A DNA stretch of 64,000 nucleotides, from positions 35,452 through 99,451 of the forward strand of contig CAZUUA010000001.1 in the NCBI GenBank assembly GCA_964623635.1, read 5' to 3'. The translations under genes were made by a program, and so were the position numbers. Origin of the DNA: an uncultured Ruminococcus sp. (GTDB lineage Bacteria > Bacillota > Clostridia > Oscillospirales > CAG-272). The notes beneath the pieces are model-generated. The model had not been told where the DNA came from. It did not search any database and saw nothing but the letters and a program-made list of their open reading frames with translations. This document shows positions 44,910 through 53,214 of this stretch, one piece after another; positions within the stretch are counted from its first letter, which is position 1; each line of letters opens with the position of its first letter.

Positions 44910-45254
44910 TCATTTCAGTCCAAAGCTGACGGAGATGGCGTCGTCTACAGCGGCCATAGCGGCGTCGTCCAGGTGCCCCATTTTTTCACCCAGCCGCTTT
45001 TTGTCGATGGTGCGGATCTGTTCCAGCAGGATTACGGAATCCTTGGCAAGTCCCACACGATCGGCGTACACATCGATGTGGGTAGGCAGGCGATTCTTGC
45101 CCAGCTTACTGGTGATGGCAGCGGCAATGACCGTGGGACTGTAGCGGTTTCCCACGTCGTTCTGTACGATCAGCACCGGTCGTACGCCACCTTGCTCACT
45201 GCCCACCACTGGACTCAGATCGGCATAATATATATCTCCCCGCTTGACGGTCAT
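44910..45254 (-). CDS. mazF: Type II toxin-antitoxin system toxin, PemK/MazF (EndoA-like) endoribonuclease
   Basis: [47 protein letters not shown]... is very close by eye to B. subtilis EndoA/NdoA. A GGGAGG RBS is present. Confidence 0.9.
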   Translation of the reverse strand: MTVKRGDIYYADLSPVVGSEQGGVRPVLIVQNDVGNRYSPTVIAAAITSKLGKNRLPTHIDVYADRVGLAKDSVILLEQIRTIDKKRLGEKMGHLDDAAMAAVDDAISVSFGLK

Positions 45255-45608
45255 ATGAACATCCTCCCGTATCCCGGCAGTATCCGGCAGTCCCCCGGCA
45301 TTTCTCTGTGGGGTGTAGTTGTAGTATATCCCCTATACCGGGTGGTTTATTCCAGTATATGCGGCGGTGTACAAAAATGCGTATGGGTTATCAGAGCCGG
45401 CAACAGGAGAAAAAAGTGGGAAAGAGAAGGGTTGGCTGGATATAGAGGAGATCGAAGCCGGCTTGGAGATCCGTGATGTATAAGCTGCCTACGGTACACG
45501 GACATATCCGTTGGTGAAAATCGGCATACCAATTCCTTTCTATTCGTCAATATTACCAAAATAATCCGTCGAATGTCACAAATCACATTCGTTTGTGGCA
45601 AATAAGGC

Positions 45609-45637
45609 TTGCAAAATGCATGAGAATGTGGTATACT
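45609..45637 (+). promoter_or_regulatory. Sigma-A type promoter for the 513-aa gene
   Basis: TTGCAA (45609-45614), a 17-bp spacer, then TATACT (45632-45637). Confidence 0.5.
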
Positions 45638-45711
45638 ATCCATACCCACCATAGGGAAAATCACAGCTGTGTCGGGATCGATATAGGATCGGACAGCAGG
45701 AAGGATCCGTT

Positions 45712-47253
45712 ATGCCAGGAAAAATGGGAACGCCGGATACGTTTCGGGATTGCCTTTGTCAACTTATGGAAGCCAGAGCTTTGTCAGCCGGTCAGCTTGC
45801 CGATCTACTCCAATACAAAAGCAAAACTACACTGCTGCGGATCCTGCAGGACAAGGCCGGTGTGCGGTGTATCGGCAATGTGCTCGGCGATCTGTGCCGC
45901 TGTGCTCCTTTGGCGCTGACGGAAGAGGAGATCGACCGGCTCCAAGTGGCCTACGACGTGGAGATGTGGGGACTGGAGAACTACAGAGCCCGGTCGGAAA
46001 TGTGGCGGCTGCTGCATACGGCGGAAAACAGATCGTATTCTCCCTTGCTCCTTTGGCAAAACGACGGTACGATGGTGTCCTTGGGGGATTTTTGGGATCG
46101 GTTCGTTCCGGCCACAGCAACGCCGCCGCTTGCCGAAGATGCCATTCCCGTGGAGCATTTGGAGATCTATGTCCTCAGCAGTGGCTATCCCTATGTGATG
46201 CAGACGCTGATCACACTGCTGGAACGACTGCGTTGCCGGGTCCATGTGTGCCAAATCCTACAGCTCACCGGCGACACCGGCAGGACGGTACGGCTGGTGC
46301 GCAATATGCTGCCGGTCATGCCCTACCACAACCACGAGGTCTTCTATATGCTGCCGGAGGACGACATCTCCCATGACCCCATTTACGCCTACGGTATCGG
46401 TCGTGCGCTGATCCTGCAGGCCACACTGCCCGGTGGGGACGTACGGGAATTTCAGATCCTGCTTCGGGACGAGCACGCCGGCGGTATCTTAGAAGCACCG
46501 GGCATATGGCAGTATTGGACGCAGTATATGAACGATTACATAAAGTGTGGACTGCCCATGAAAGCCGCCGTGCCGGATCTTCGGGACTATGAACAGATGC
46601 TGGAATATTATTGTGAGATCGAAAGATGTCGGGAGATCCTGTTGTTCAAGGAGAGTATGTGTTTCAATTTTGTGCCGGTGGATATCTTAGTCTCTGCCGT
46701 GAAGCCACGCTTTCCCAGCGCAGAGGCCTATGACCAGCTGGCAGAAGCCTTGCCTAGGCTCCGTGTGATCCAGGAAAAACGATTCCAGAACATCACAGCC
46801 AAACGAGAACCCACCTATTGGGTCACCTCTGCCCGGATGCTGTGGGAGACCGCACAGACCGGCGTCATGACCGGCCACTATTTGGGGATGCGTCCCTTCA
46901 CCGTGGCAGAGCGGATTCGGATCTATCAGCTGGTCCTGCAGCTGGTGACAGAGAACCCCTACTTCCATATGTATCTGCTGCTGGAAAGTGAGGAAGACCA
47001 CTATGTGGATATGGACGTGGCGTACATGGTGGGACAGGGCATACAGATCAAAGCCTCCCAAACCACCTATATGCAAGAGACCGGCTGGACAGAGACCATG
47101 CTGACCGAGAGTTCCTTTGGCGACCTGTATCGGGAATTTTTCATGGAGGAGCTGATCCCCAACCACACCCATCCGGAGACCCATACCGCAGTGGTGCTCC
47201 GTGATATCCTGCGAAAACTGGAAGAAGCAAAATCGATCGGTGAAACAAAATGA
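45712..47253 (+). CDS. Uncharacterized 513-aa protein with an N-terminal HTH-like segment
   Basis: AGGAAGG RBS. The N-terminus FRDCLCQLMEARALSAGQLADLLQYKSKTTLLRILQ resembles an XRE-type HTH. I recognise no domain in the remaining ~440 aa. Confidence 0.6.
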   Translation: MPGKMGTPDTFRDCLCQLMEARALSAGQLADLLQYKSKTTLLRILQDKAGVRCIGNVLGDLCRCAPLALTEEEIDRLQVAYDVEMWGLENYRARSEMWRLLHTAENRSYSPLLLWQNDGTMVSLGDFWDRFVPATATPPLAEDAIPVEHLEIYVLSSGYPYVMQTLITLLERLRCRVHVCQILQLTGDTGRTVRLVRNMLPVMPYHNHEVFYMLPEDDISHDPIYAYGIGRALILQATLPGGDVREFQILLRDEHAGGILEAPGIWQYWTQYMNDYIKCGLPMKAAVPDLRDYEQMLEYYCEIERCREILLFKESMCFNFVPVDILVSAVKPRFPSAEAYDQLAEALPRLRVIQEKRFQNITAKREPTYWVTSARMLWETAQTGVMTGHYLGMRPFTVAERIRIYQLVLQLVTENPYFHMYLLLESEEDHYVDMDVAYMVGQGIQIKASQTTYMQETGWTETMLTESSFGDLYREFFMEELIPNHTHPETHTAVVLRDILRKLEEAKSIGETK

Positions 47254-47326
47254 TAGAATAACAAAAAGGACTGCCCCATTCCGGAAACCTCCGGCAAAGG
47301 CAGTCCATATTTTTATGACCGATTTT

Positions 47327-48781
47327 TTACTGTGAATTTTCAAATGCTTCGATCATGTTGGCGATCCATTCTTCGCACTTGCTCTTGTTGGATTCGTAGT
47401 ACGAGGTGATGCTTTCGGCACCGGACTGGATGTTTTGCCGCAGTACCTTAACAGGAGACAGTGGGAAGCCGCTTTCGTCGAAGGAGTCAAAGGAGAACTT
47501 TCTGCCTTCCAGGGCATAGTCGATCATCCGGGTGGAGCCTTCGTCACGGGTCACCTTGACCTTCAGCGCCGTGTCATAAATGGCCGGTACCACGATCTGA
47601 CGGGAGTAGGCATTCAGGGCTTCCGTGATGGTGCCGGTGCGGGAGAACTCCGATTCCGGCTGAGATACCAAGATCATCTGGGCCGAGAAGGTGCCGTCCA
47701 GGTGGGTGCTGTAGCCATCGTCTTCGGCGGCATACTTGGGCGTCGGCAGGATCCCGTAGTCGTCCTCCATGTCACGCATACTTTCGCCGTACAGGTTGAT
47801 CATCAGGGTGTTGGAGAAGACAGCGGTGCCGGGGATAAAGGCCTGGCTCAGCGCAGCAAAGGCACTGTTGATGGCATAGACACCATTGGTCTCAAAGTAC
47901 ATTTTGTAGATCTTGGTGTAGGCATCCACGGTGGTCTCGTTGTAGAAGTCCAGGACAGGGTAGTTCTTTTCGTCCTTGGAGATAGCGGACATATGGAAGG
48001 AACGTCCCAGAGAGTCCACGGCGGCATAGTTGTCCGTCACAAAGCCGTAGGTGTCCGTCACATCACGATTGCCGTTGCCGTCGGTGTCCTCGTAGATCTC
48101 CGATACCAGAGAGAGGAAGTAGTCGATGGTCCAGTCGCCGGCGTCCACCACGTCATAGAGCCCGGTGATGTCGTACTTTTCCAGCAGGTTCAGGTTGGAG
48201 ACAAATACCCAGCAGCAGTTGATGTTGGAGTCCATAAAGTCCCCGAACAGCAGCATGGTCTTGTCACCCAGAGAGTAGGTCTCGTTGGCGCTCTTGATGT
48301 AGTAGGGCTGCGAAATATCCACTTCAGGAACATTTGCCCAGTTGACAAAGTAGCCGCTGGTCAGGCAGTTGCCCAGATACAGGTGGGTACAGGTCACCAG
48401 GGAATAGGGGTTGTCTCCGGCCAGCACGCAGGTCTGTACCTGGTCGTCACCGGTGCCCCAGCCCAAAATGTCGTAGGTCAGCTCGACATTGTACTTTTCC
48501 TCCACCGCTAAGTTCCGGTCGTACACAGAGTCGTTGATCACGTCGCCGGTCTGTTCCTCTACGGTGTAGTGGTCACGCATTTCTTCACCCATGATGTTGA
48601 AGGTGAAACCTTCGTAGTTGGCAGAGGGCAGATGTGAGGTATACGGATAGGGATCTTCGGTCTCGGTCTCCGTGGGCGTGTTCACATCGGTCGTGCCGGT
48701 CTCCTGCGTTTCTGCATTGCCACAGCTGGCAAGAGAACACAGCAGCATGGCAAGCAATGCACAAAGCATACGTTTTTTCAT
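47327..48781 (-). CDS. Extracellular solute-binding lipoprotein (carbohydrate ABC type), no linked permease
   Basis: Start at MKKRMLCALLAMLLCSLASCG (lipobox LASC) after AAGGAG. It is a paralog of the CDSs at 10101-11576 and 11663-13102. Confidence 0.8.
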   Translation of the reverse strand: MKKRMLCALLAMLLCSLASCGNAETQETGTTDVNTPTETETEDPYPYTSHLPSANYEGFTFNIMGEEMRDHYTVEEQTGDVINDSVYDRNLAVEEKYNVELTYDILGWGTGDDQVQTCVLAGDNPYSLVTCTHLYLGNCLTSGYFVNWANVPEVDISQPYYIKSANETYSLGDKTMLLFGDFMDSNINCCWVFVSNLNLLEKYDITGLYDVVDAGDWTIDYFLSLVSEIYEDTDGNGNRDVTDTYGFVTDNYAAVDSLGRSFHMSAISKDEKNYPVLDFYNETTVDAYTKIYKMYFETNGVYAINSAFAALSQAFIPGTAVFSNTLMINLYGESMRDMEDDYGILPTPKYAAEDDGYSTHLDGTFSAQMILVSQPESEFSRTGTITEALNAYSRQIVVPAIYDTALKVKVTRDEGSTRMIDYALEGRKFSFDSFDESGFPLSPVKVLRQNIQSGAESITSYYESNKSKCEEWIANMIEAFENSQ

Positions 48782-49146
48782 AAAATTCGCACATCTCCTT
48801 GTATAAAAATGACAAAAAACTCTACCCATAGTGTACACGATTTTCGACGGGATTACAATAGTTACATTGCACAATTTTCAGAAAGAGAGACGAATTGTTG
48901 TCTAAATTGTATATAAAGTGTGTACGCTATAAAGGGCCATGGTGCATTTGTTCTGTTGGCCCTGCTGTGTGCGGTGTCTTTATGGAAAAACAATGTTTTT
49001 TATGAGCGGCGATTTTGCAAAGGATGAAAAAATCTTTTCACAAAAGCTCTTGACTTTCTCCGATAAACAGGTTATAATTATATGATACTTTTTTGAGAAA
49101 GTCCACCGATGCATACTTTTTGCATACATGGACTGGAGGATGAACC

Positions 49147-50025
49147 GTGAGCCATCATATTGCCGGGGCAGGTGATCTTGTGCAGTCCCTGGAAAAAGTT
49201 CTGCCGGAACTATCCAAGGGGCAAAGGCGCATTGCCGGGTACATTTTAGAGAACTACTACAAAGCGGCATACATGACCGCACAAACCTTAGGCGAGACAG
49301 TGGGCGTATCGGAATCCACCGTGGTGCGATTTGCCATGGAGCTGGGCTTCGAGGGCTATCCGCAGCTGCAGGCCCAGATCCGGGAGACCGTCCGGGTACG
49401 CCTGACCACAGTGCAGCGGATCGAAGCCACCAACGACCGGATCAGCGACGACAATGTGCTGGATACGATCCTGCAAAACGACGCCGATAAGATCCGAGCC
49501 ACACTGGACACCATCGACCGGGCTGCCTTTGTCCGGGCTGTAGACCTGATCCTGTCGGCGAAGAATATCTACATCATGGGGATGCGCTCCTCTGCGATCC
49601 TGGCGGATTTTATGTATTACTACTTCGGGCTGCTGTTCGACAACGTGCGGCTGATCCGACCTGCCAGCGGTAGTGAAATGTTTGAGCATCTGATGAAGCT
49701 GCAGCCGGACGACGTGATCATCGCCATCAGCTTTCCCCGGTACACCACCGGCATCGTACACGCCGTGGAGTATGCCCAAAAGACCGGCGCCAACGTCATC
49801 GCTCTGACCGACAGCAAATCTTCTCCCATCGTTCCCTATGCCGCCGAGACCCTGATCGCCAAAAGCGAAATGGCGTCCTTCGTAGATTCTCTGGTGGCAC
49901 CCATGAGCATCATCAACGCCATCATTGCCTACATCGGCAAAAAGAAGCAAGGCGAGGTCACGGAGACCTTGGGCAGACTGGAGCACGTCTGGAAGGAATA
50001 CAACGTGTACACGTCCGGAAAATGA
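49147..50025 (+). CDS. MurR/RpiR family transcriptional regulator (HTH_6 + SIS domain)
   Basis: GTG start after GGAGGA. The HTH reads TAQTLGETVGVSESTVVRFAMELGFEGY. The SIS domain is indicated by IYIMGMRSSA. Confidence 0.85.
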   Translation: MSHHIAGAGDLVQSLEKVLPELSKGQRRIAGYILENYYKAAYMTAQTLGETVGVSESTVVRFAMELGFEGYPQLQAQIRETVRVRLTTVQRIEATNDRISDDNVLDTILQNDADKIRATLDTIDRAAFVRAVDLILSAKNIYIMGMRSSAILADFMYYYFGLLFDNVRLIRPASGSEMFEHLMKLQPDDVIIAISFPRYTTGIVHAVEYAQKTGANVIALTDSKSSPIVPYAAETLIAKSEMASFVDSLVAPMSIINAIIAYIGKKKQGEVTETLGRLEHVWKEYNVYTSGK

Positions 50026-50099
50026 TCGGACTGCAGAAGATGAAAATGATCCACGAAACGGTAGAGAACAGTCTTGACCGTTCCACACAGAATGATCCT

Positions 50100-51362
50100 A
50101 TGACAAAAACCATTGCAGTGGTCGGCGGCGGACCCGGCGGTATGATGGCGGCCTATACGGCAGCTGTCACCCTTGCCAAGCTGGGATATACCGATCACCA
50201 CGTTATCTTATATGAAAAGAACCCCATGCTGGGGAAAAAGCTGCGGATCACCGGCAAGGGTCGCTGCAACGTCACCAACGACTGCACGCCCCAGGAATTC
50301 CGGGAAGCCGTCACCCGAAACCAAAAATTTTTGTACGGCGCTTCGTCCCGGTTCACTGCTGCCGACACCATGGCCTTCTTCGAGAACCATGGTGTGCCGC
50401 TGAAGACCGAACGGGGACGCCGTGTGTTTCCCGTATCCGACAAAGCGGCTGACGTCGCCGGTGCCATGGAAAAAGCACTCCATGAGGTGGGCGTACAGGT
50501 ACACAAAAGTACCTGCGTGACAGATATCGAGACCGACGAAAACGGGATCCGCTGCCGGATAAACGACAAGCCCGTGACCTGTGATGCACTGATATTGGCC
50601 ACCGGCGGCGTGTCCTATCCGGGCACCGGCTCCACCGGCGACGGACATCGGATGCTTGCCAAATGGGATGTGCCCATCACCAAGCTGTCCCCGTCTCTGG
50701 TGCCCGTGGAGACCAAAGAACCTACGGCAACTCTCATGGGTCTGACCCTGAAAAACGTGGCGCTGACGGCGTGGCGTGGGGAAAAGGAAGTGTACCGGGA
50801 ACAGGGTGAGATGCTCTTTGCCCACTTTGGACTCACCGGTCCCCTGGTGCTGTCGGCCAGTGCCAATATGCAAAAGGGAAATGTGTCCGACTACCGGCTC
50901 ACCATCGACCTAAAACCGGCCTTGACCATGGAGGAGCTGGACAGCCGTCTGCTCTCCGACTTTGCCAAATATAGTGGTAAAGACTTCTGCAATGCCCTGG
51001 ACGACCTGCTGCCCAAGCGGCTGATCCCCTGGGTCATTCGTGTGTCCGGGATCCCGGAGCGGTGCAAGACCTCGTCCATCACCAAGGTGCAAAGACAGAA
51101 GCTGGCGGAGACCCTGAAGGCACTGCCGTTTACACCCACCAAATTTCGTCCCATGGAAGAAGCCATTGTGACCTGCGGCGGCGTGGACGTAAAAGCCGTG
51201 TCCCCCAAGGATATGATGCTGAAGGAGCACCCCGGCGTGTTCTGCGTAGGAGAGCTGCTGGATCTGGATGCCTACACCGGCGGCTACAATCTGCAGATCG
51301 CCTTTTCCACCGGTGTGCTGGCCGGCGAAGGTGCGGCACGGTTTGTAGCGAAGGATGAATAG
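50100..51362 (+). CDS. HI0933/BaiN-like NAD(P)/FAD-dependent oxidoreductase (TIGR00275 family)
   Basis: IAVVGGGPGGMMAA and ITGKGRCNVTN. The start is uncertain (50022, 50040 or 50100). I chose the one that gives the typical ~420 aa. Confidence 0.75.
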   Translation: MTKTIAVVGGGPGGMMAAYTAAVTLAKLGYTDHHVILYEKNPMLGKKLRITGKGRCNVTNDCTPQEFREAVTRNQKFLYGASSRFTAADTMAFFENHGVPLKTERGRRVFPVSDKAADVAGAMEKALHEVGVQVHKSTCVTDIETDENGIRCRINDKPVTCDALILATGGVSYPGTGSTGDGHRMLAKWDVPITKLSPSLVPVETKEPTATLMGLTLKNVALTAWRGEKEVYREQGEMLFAHFGLTGPLVLSASANMQKGNVSDYRLTIDLKPALTMEELDSRLLSDFAKYSGKDFCNALDDLLPKRLIPWVIRVSGIPERCKTSSITKVQRQKLAETLKALPFTPTKFRPMEEAIVTCGGVDVKAVSPKDMMLKEHPGVFCVGELLDLDAYTGGYNLQIAFSTGVLAGEGAARFVAKDE

Positions 51363-51712
51363 TTTTGCAATGCAATGATAGTTTGCTTGAGCAGCAGATG
51401 AAATAAAGGCTCTGCGCACCAAAACGAAATTGCGTCTTTTCAGGCAGACGAAATACACCGGCGAATGGCTCTATCACAAAACCAAATGTCCGTTTGGTCG
51501 CTCCACTATAAAGCCCACACAAAGCGTAGCGCCGTTCGGACATCCTCCACACCCGGAGCATGACACTACCCGTGTGCAACCCAACGACCCGACACTGACG
51601 ACACTGGAACTAGATCGGAAACGCTCTGCCTGCAGTAACGCAATGTCCGTGGACAATGCCCAAAAGCTTTGCCAGCTTTCTCGAAAGCCGTGTATCTCCT
51701 TCCGAACGACGA

Positions 51713-51796
51713 GGTTTACTGCCGTAACCTCCCGGATTACTATCGTAACCTCCCGGTTTACTGCCGTAACCTCCCGGATTACTGCCGTAACCTCGT
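51713..51796. repeat. Tandem array of 4 copies of a 21-bp unit, each containing TTAC-N4-GTAA
   Basis: GGTTTACTGCCGTAACCTCCC / GGATTACTATCGTAACCTCCC / GGTTTACTGCCGTAACCTCCC / GGATTACTGCCGTAACCTCGT. The array ends 2 bp before a TACAAT -10-like hexamer and 28 bp before the cmk ATG. Confidence 0.9.
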
Positions 51797-51824
51797 ACTA
51801 CAATATTCAAAACAGGTGAAAAAT

Positions 51825-52508
51825 ATGGATATAAAAAAACTGCGTGTGGCTCTGGACGGACCCAGCGGTGCAGGAAAAAGCACCATTGCCCGACGGGTCG
51901 CCGAGATGACAGGGCTGATCTATGTGGATACCGGCGCACTGTATCGTACCGTAGGACTGTGGGCGATCCGACATGGCGTGGCGGCAGAGGACGAAGACGG
52001 CATCATCGCACTGCTGGACAGTCTGCAGATCCGGCTCACGTGGCAGGACGGCAAACAGGTGGTGCTGCTGGACGGTGAGGACGTGGGAGATGCGATCCGT
52101 ACACCGGAGGCTTCCCGATACGCTTCGGCGGTGTCCAAGATCCCGGCGGTGCGACAGAAGCTGTTGGAGCTCCAACGTTCCTTAGCGGAAGCCGGCGGCG
52201 TCATCATGGACGGTCGGGACATCGGCACCGTGATCATGCCGGACGCAGAGGTCAAGATCTTTATGACCGCTACCCTGCCGGCCAGAGCGAAAAGACGGTA
52301 TCTGGAGCTTACCGAAAAAGGCATGGACGTGACCTACGAGGACGTGCTTTCCGATATGGAAAAAAGAGACAAAAACGACAGAGAACGGGAGACCGCTCCC
52401 TGTGTTCCGGCAGAGGATGCCATCCTATTTGTAAACGACGACTACGGCATTGCAGAATCGGCAGCGTATATTATCGAAAGAATGAAAGAGGAGATAGAGG
52501 GCAAATAA
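51825..52508 (+). CDS. cmk: Cytidylate kinase
   Basis: Start at MDIKKLRVALDGPSGAGKSTIARR after AGGTGA. The longer ORF in the track reads through the 21-bp repeats. Confidence 0.9.
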   Translation: MDIKKLRVALDGPSGAGKSTIARRVAEMTGLIYVDTGALYRTVGLWAIRHGVAAEDEDGIIALLDSLQIRLTWQDGKQVVLLDGEDVGDAIRTPEASRYASAVSKIPAVRQKLLELQRSLAEAGGVIMDGRDIGTVIMPDAEVKIFMTATLPARAKRRYLELTEKGMDVTYEDVLSDMEKRDKNDRERETAPCVPAEDAILFVNDDYGIAESAAYIIERMKEEIEGK

Positions 52509-52530
52509 GAAATGGGAATGAGAAGGTATA

Positions 52531-52564
52531 TCCTTCTGACTTCTAACTTCTTACCTCTTACTTG
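52531..52564 (-). repeat. Heptad repeat run (site 5 of 5)
   Basis: The minus strand reads AAGTAAG AGGTAAG AAGTTAG AAGTCAG AAGGA. The ~40-bp stretch is homologous to site 4 but in the opposite orientation. Confidence 0.75.
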
Positions 52565-52572
52565 AAAAAGAC

Positions 52573-53214
52573 ATGAGTTTTTATCGCACCATATACAAGA
52601 TCTTTTCGGCACCGGTCAGCTGGGTGTATCGACTGCGTGTGGTCGGCGTGGAGAATATCCCCAAGGACGGCTGTATCCTGGCGTCCAACCATACCGCTTT
52701 CTCCGATGTGCTGATCCTTTCTGCAGCAGCCAGACGACAGGTTCGGTATATGGCGAAAAAGGAGCTGTTCAAGATCCCATTGCTGTCCCAGCTGATCACC
52801 GCACTGGGTGCGTATCCGGTGAACCGTGGCGGCGCCGATGTGTCCAGCATCAAACGCACCATCCATATGCTGGAGGAAGGAGAGCTCATCGGCATCTTTC
52901 CCCAGGGACATCGCTACGGCGGCGTAGACCCTCGTACGACCCCGGTGAAAGGCGGCGTAGGCATGATAGCCTATCACACCCATGCCAGCGTCCTGCCGGC
53001 TTACGTGGACTCCAAACGGGGTAAGACCGGTGTCTTCCGGCGCAATACCGTCATCTTCGGCAAGCCCATTCCCTATGACGAATTGGGCTTTGTCAACGGC
53101 GGTGTCAAGGAATACCAGCGAGCCGCCGAGATCGTCTTCCAGAAGGTGTGCGCACTGAAGTACGGCGAGACGGCAGAGACAGCCACCGAAGCTGCGCCGG
53201 AGGACAAGGCATGA
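52573..53214 (+). CDS. plsC: 1-acyl-sn-glycerol-3-phosphate acyltransferase
   Basis: HX4D motif NHTAFSD and the FPQGHR block. Confidence 0.85.
   Translation: MSFYRTIYKIFSAPVSWVYRLRVVGVENIPKDGCILASNHTAFSDVLILSAAARRQVRYMAKKELFKIPLLSQLITALGAYPVNRGGADVSSIKRTIHMLEEGELIGIFPQGHRYGGVDPRTTPVKGGVGMIAYHTHASVLPAYVDSKRGKTGVFRRNTVIFGKPIPYDELGFVNGGVKEYQRAAEIVFQKVCALKYGETAETATEAAPEDKA

Noticed and set aside
45255-45664. Candidate MazE antitoxin upstream of mazF: the 105-aa minus-strand ORF at 45347-45664 and the 16-codon ORF overlapping the mazF start.
   Set aside because: The 105-aa ORF has no RHH, AbrB or SpoVT-like sequence and no RBS, and it stops 93 nt before mazF. The overlapping ORF is too short and is preceded by an in-frame stop at 45347-45349.
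51669-51824. N-terminal extension of the cmk ORF that encodes a repeated YCRNLPD heptapeptide.
   Set aside because: The peptide repeat is just the 21-bp DNA repeat read in frame. The conserved Cmk N-terminus (MDIKKLRVALDGPSGAGKST) starts at 51825 with its own AGGTGA RBS. The upstream ATG has none.
53148-53210. Longer IspH start (MRTEVRRDGRD...), and comparable upstream extensions of other ORFs in the track: 1923-3512, 13319, 15389-16348, 16297, 32900-33427, 39692, 40390, 42398 and 47327-48874.
   Set aside because: In each case an internal start coincides with the conserved family N-terminus or signal peptide and has a Shine-Dalgarno sequence at the correct distance. The extension overlaps the neighbouring gene or intergenic signals.
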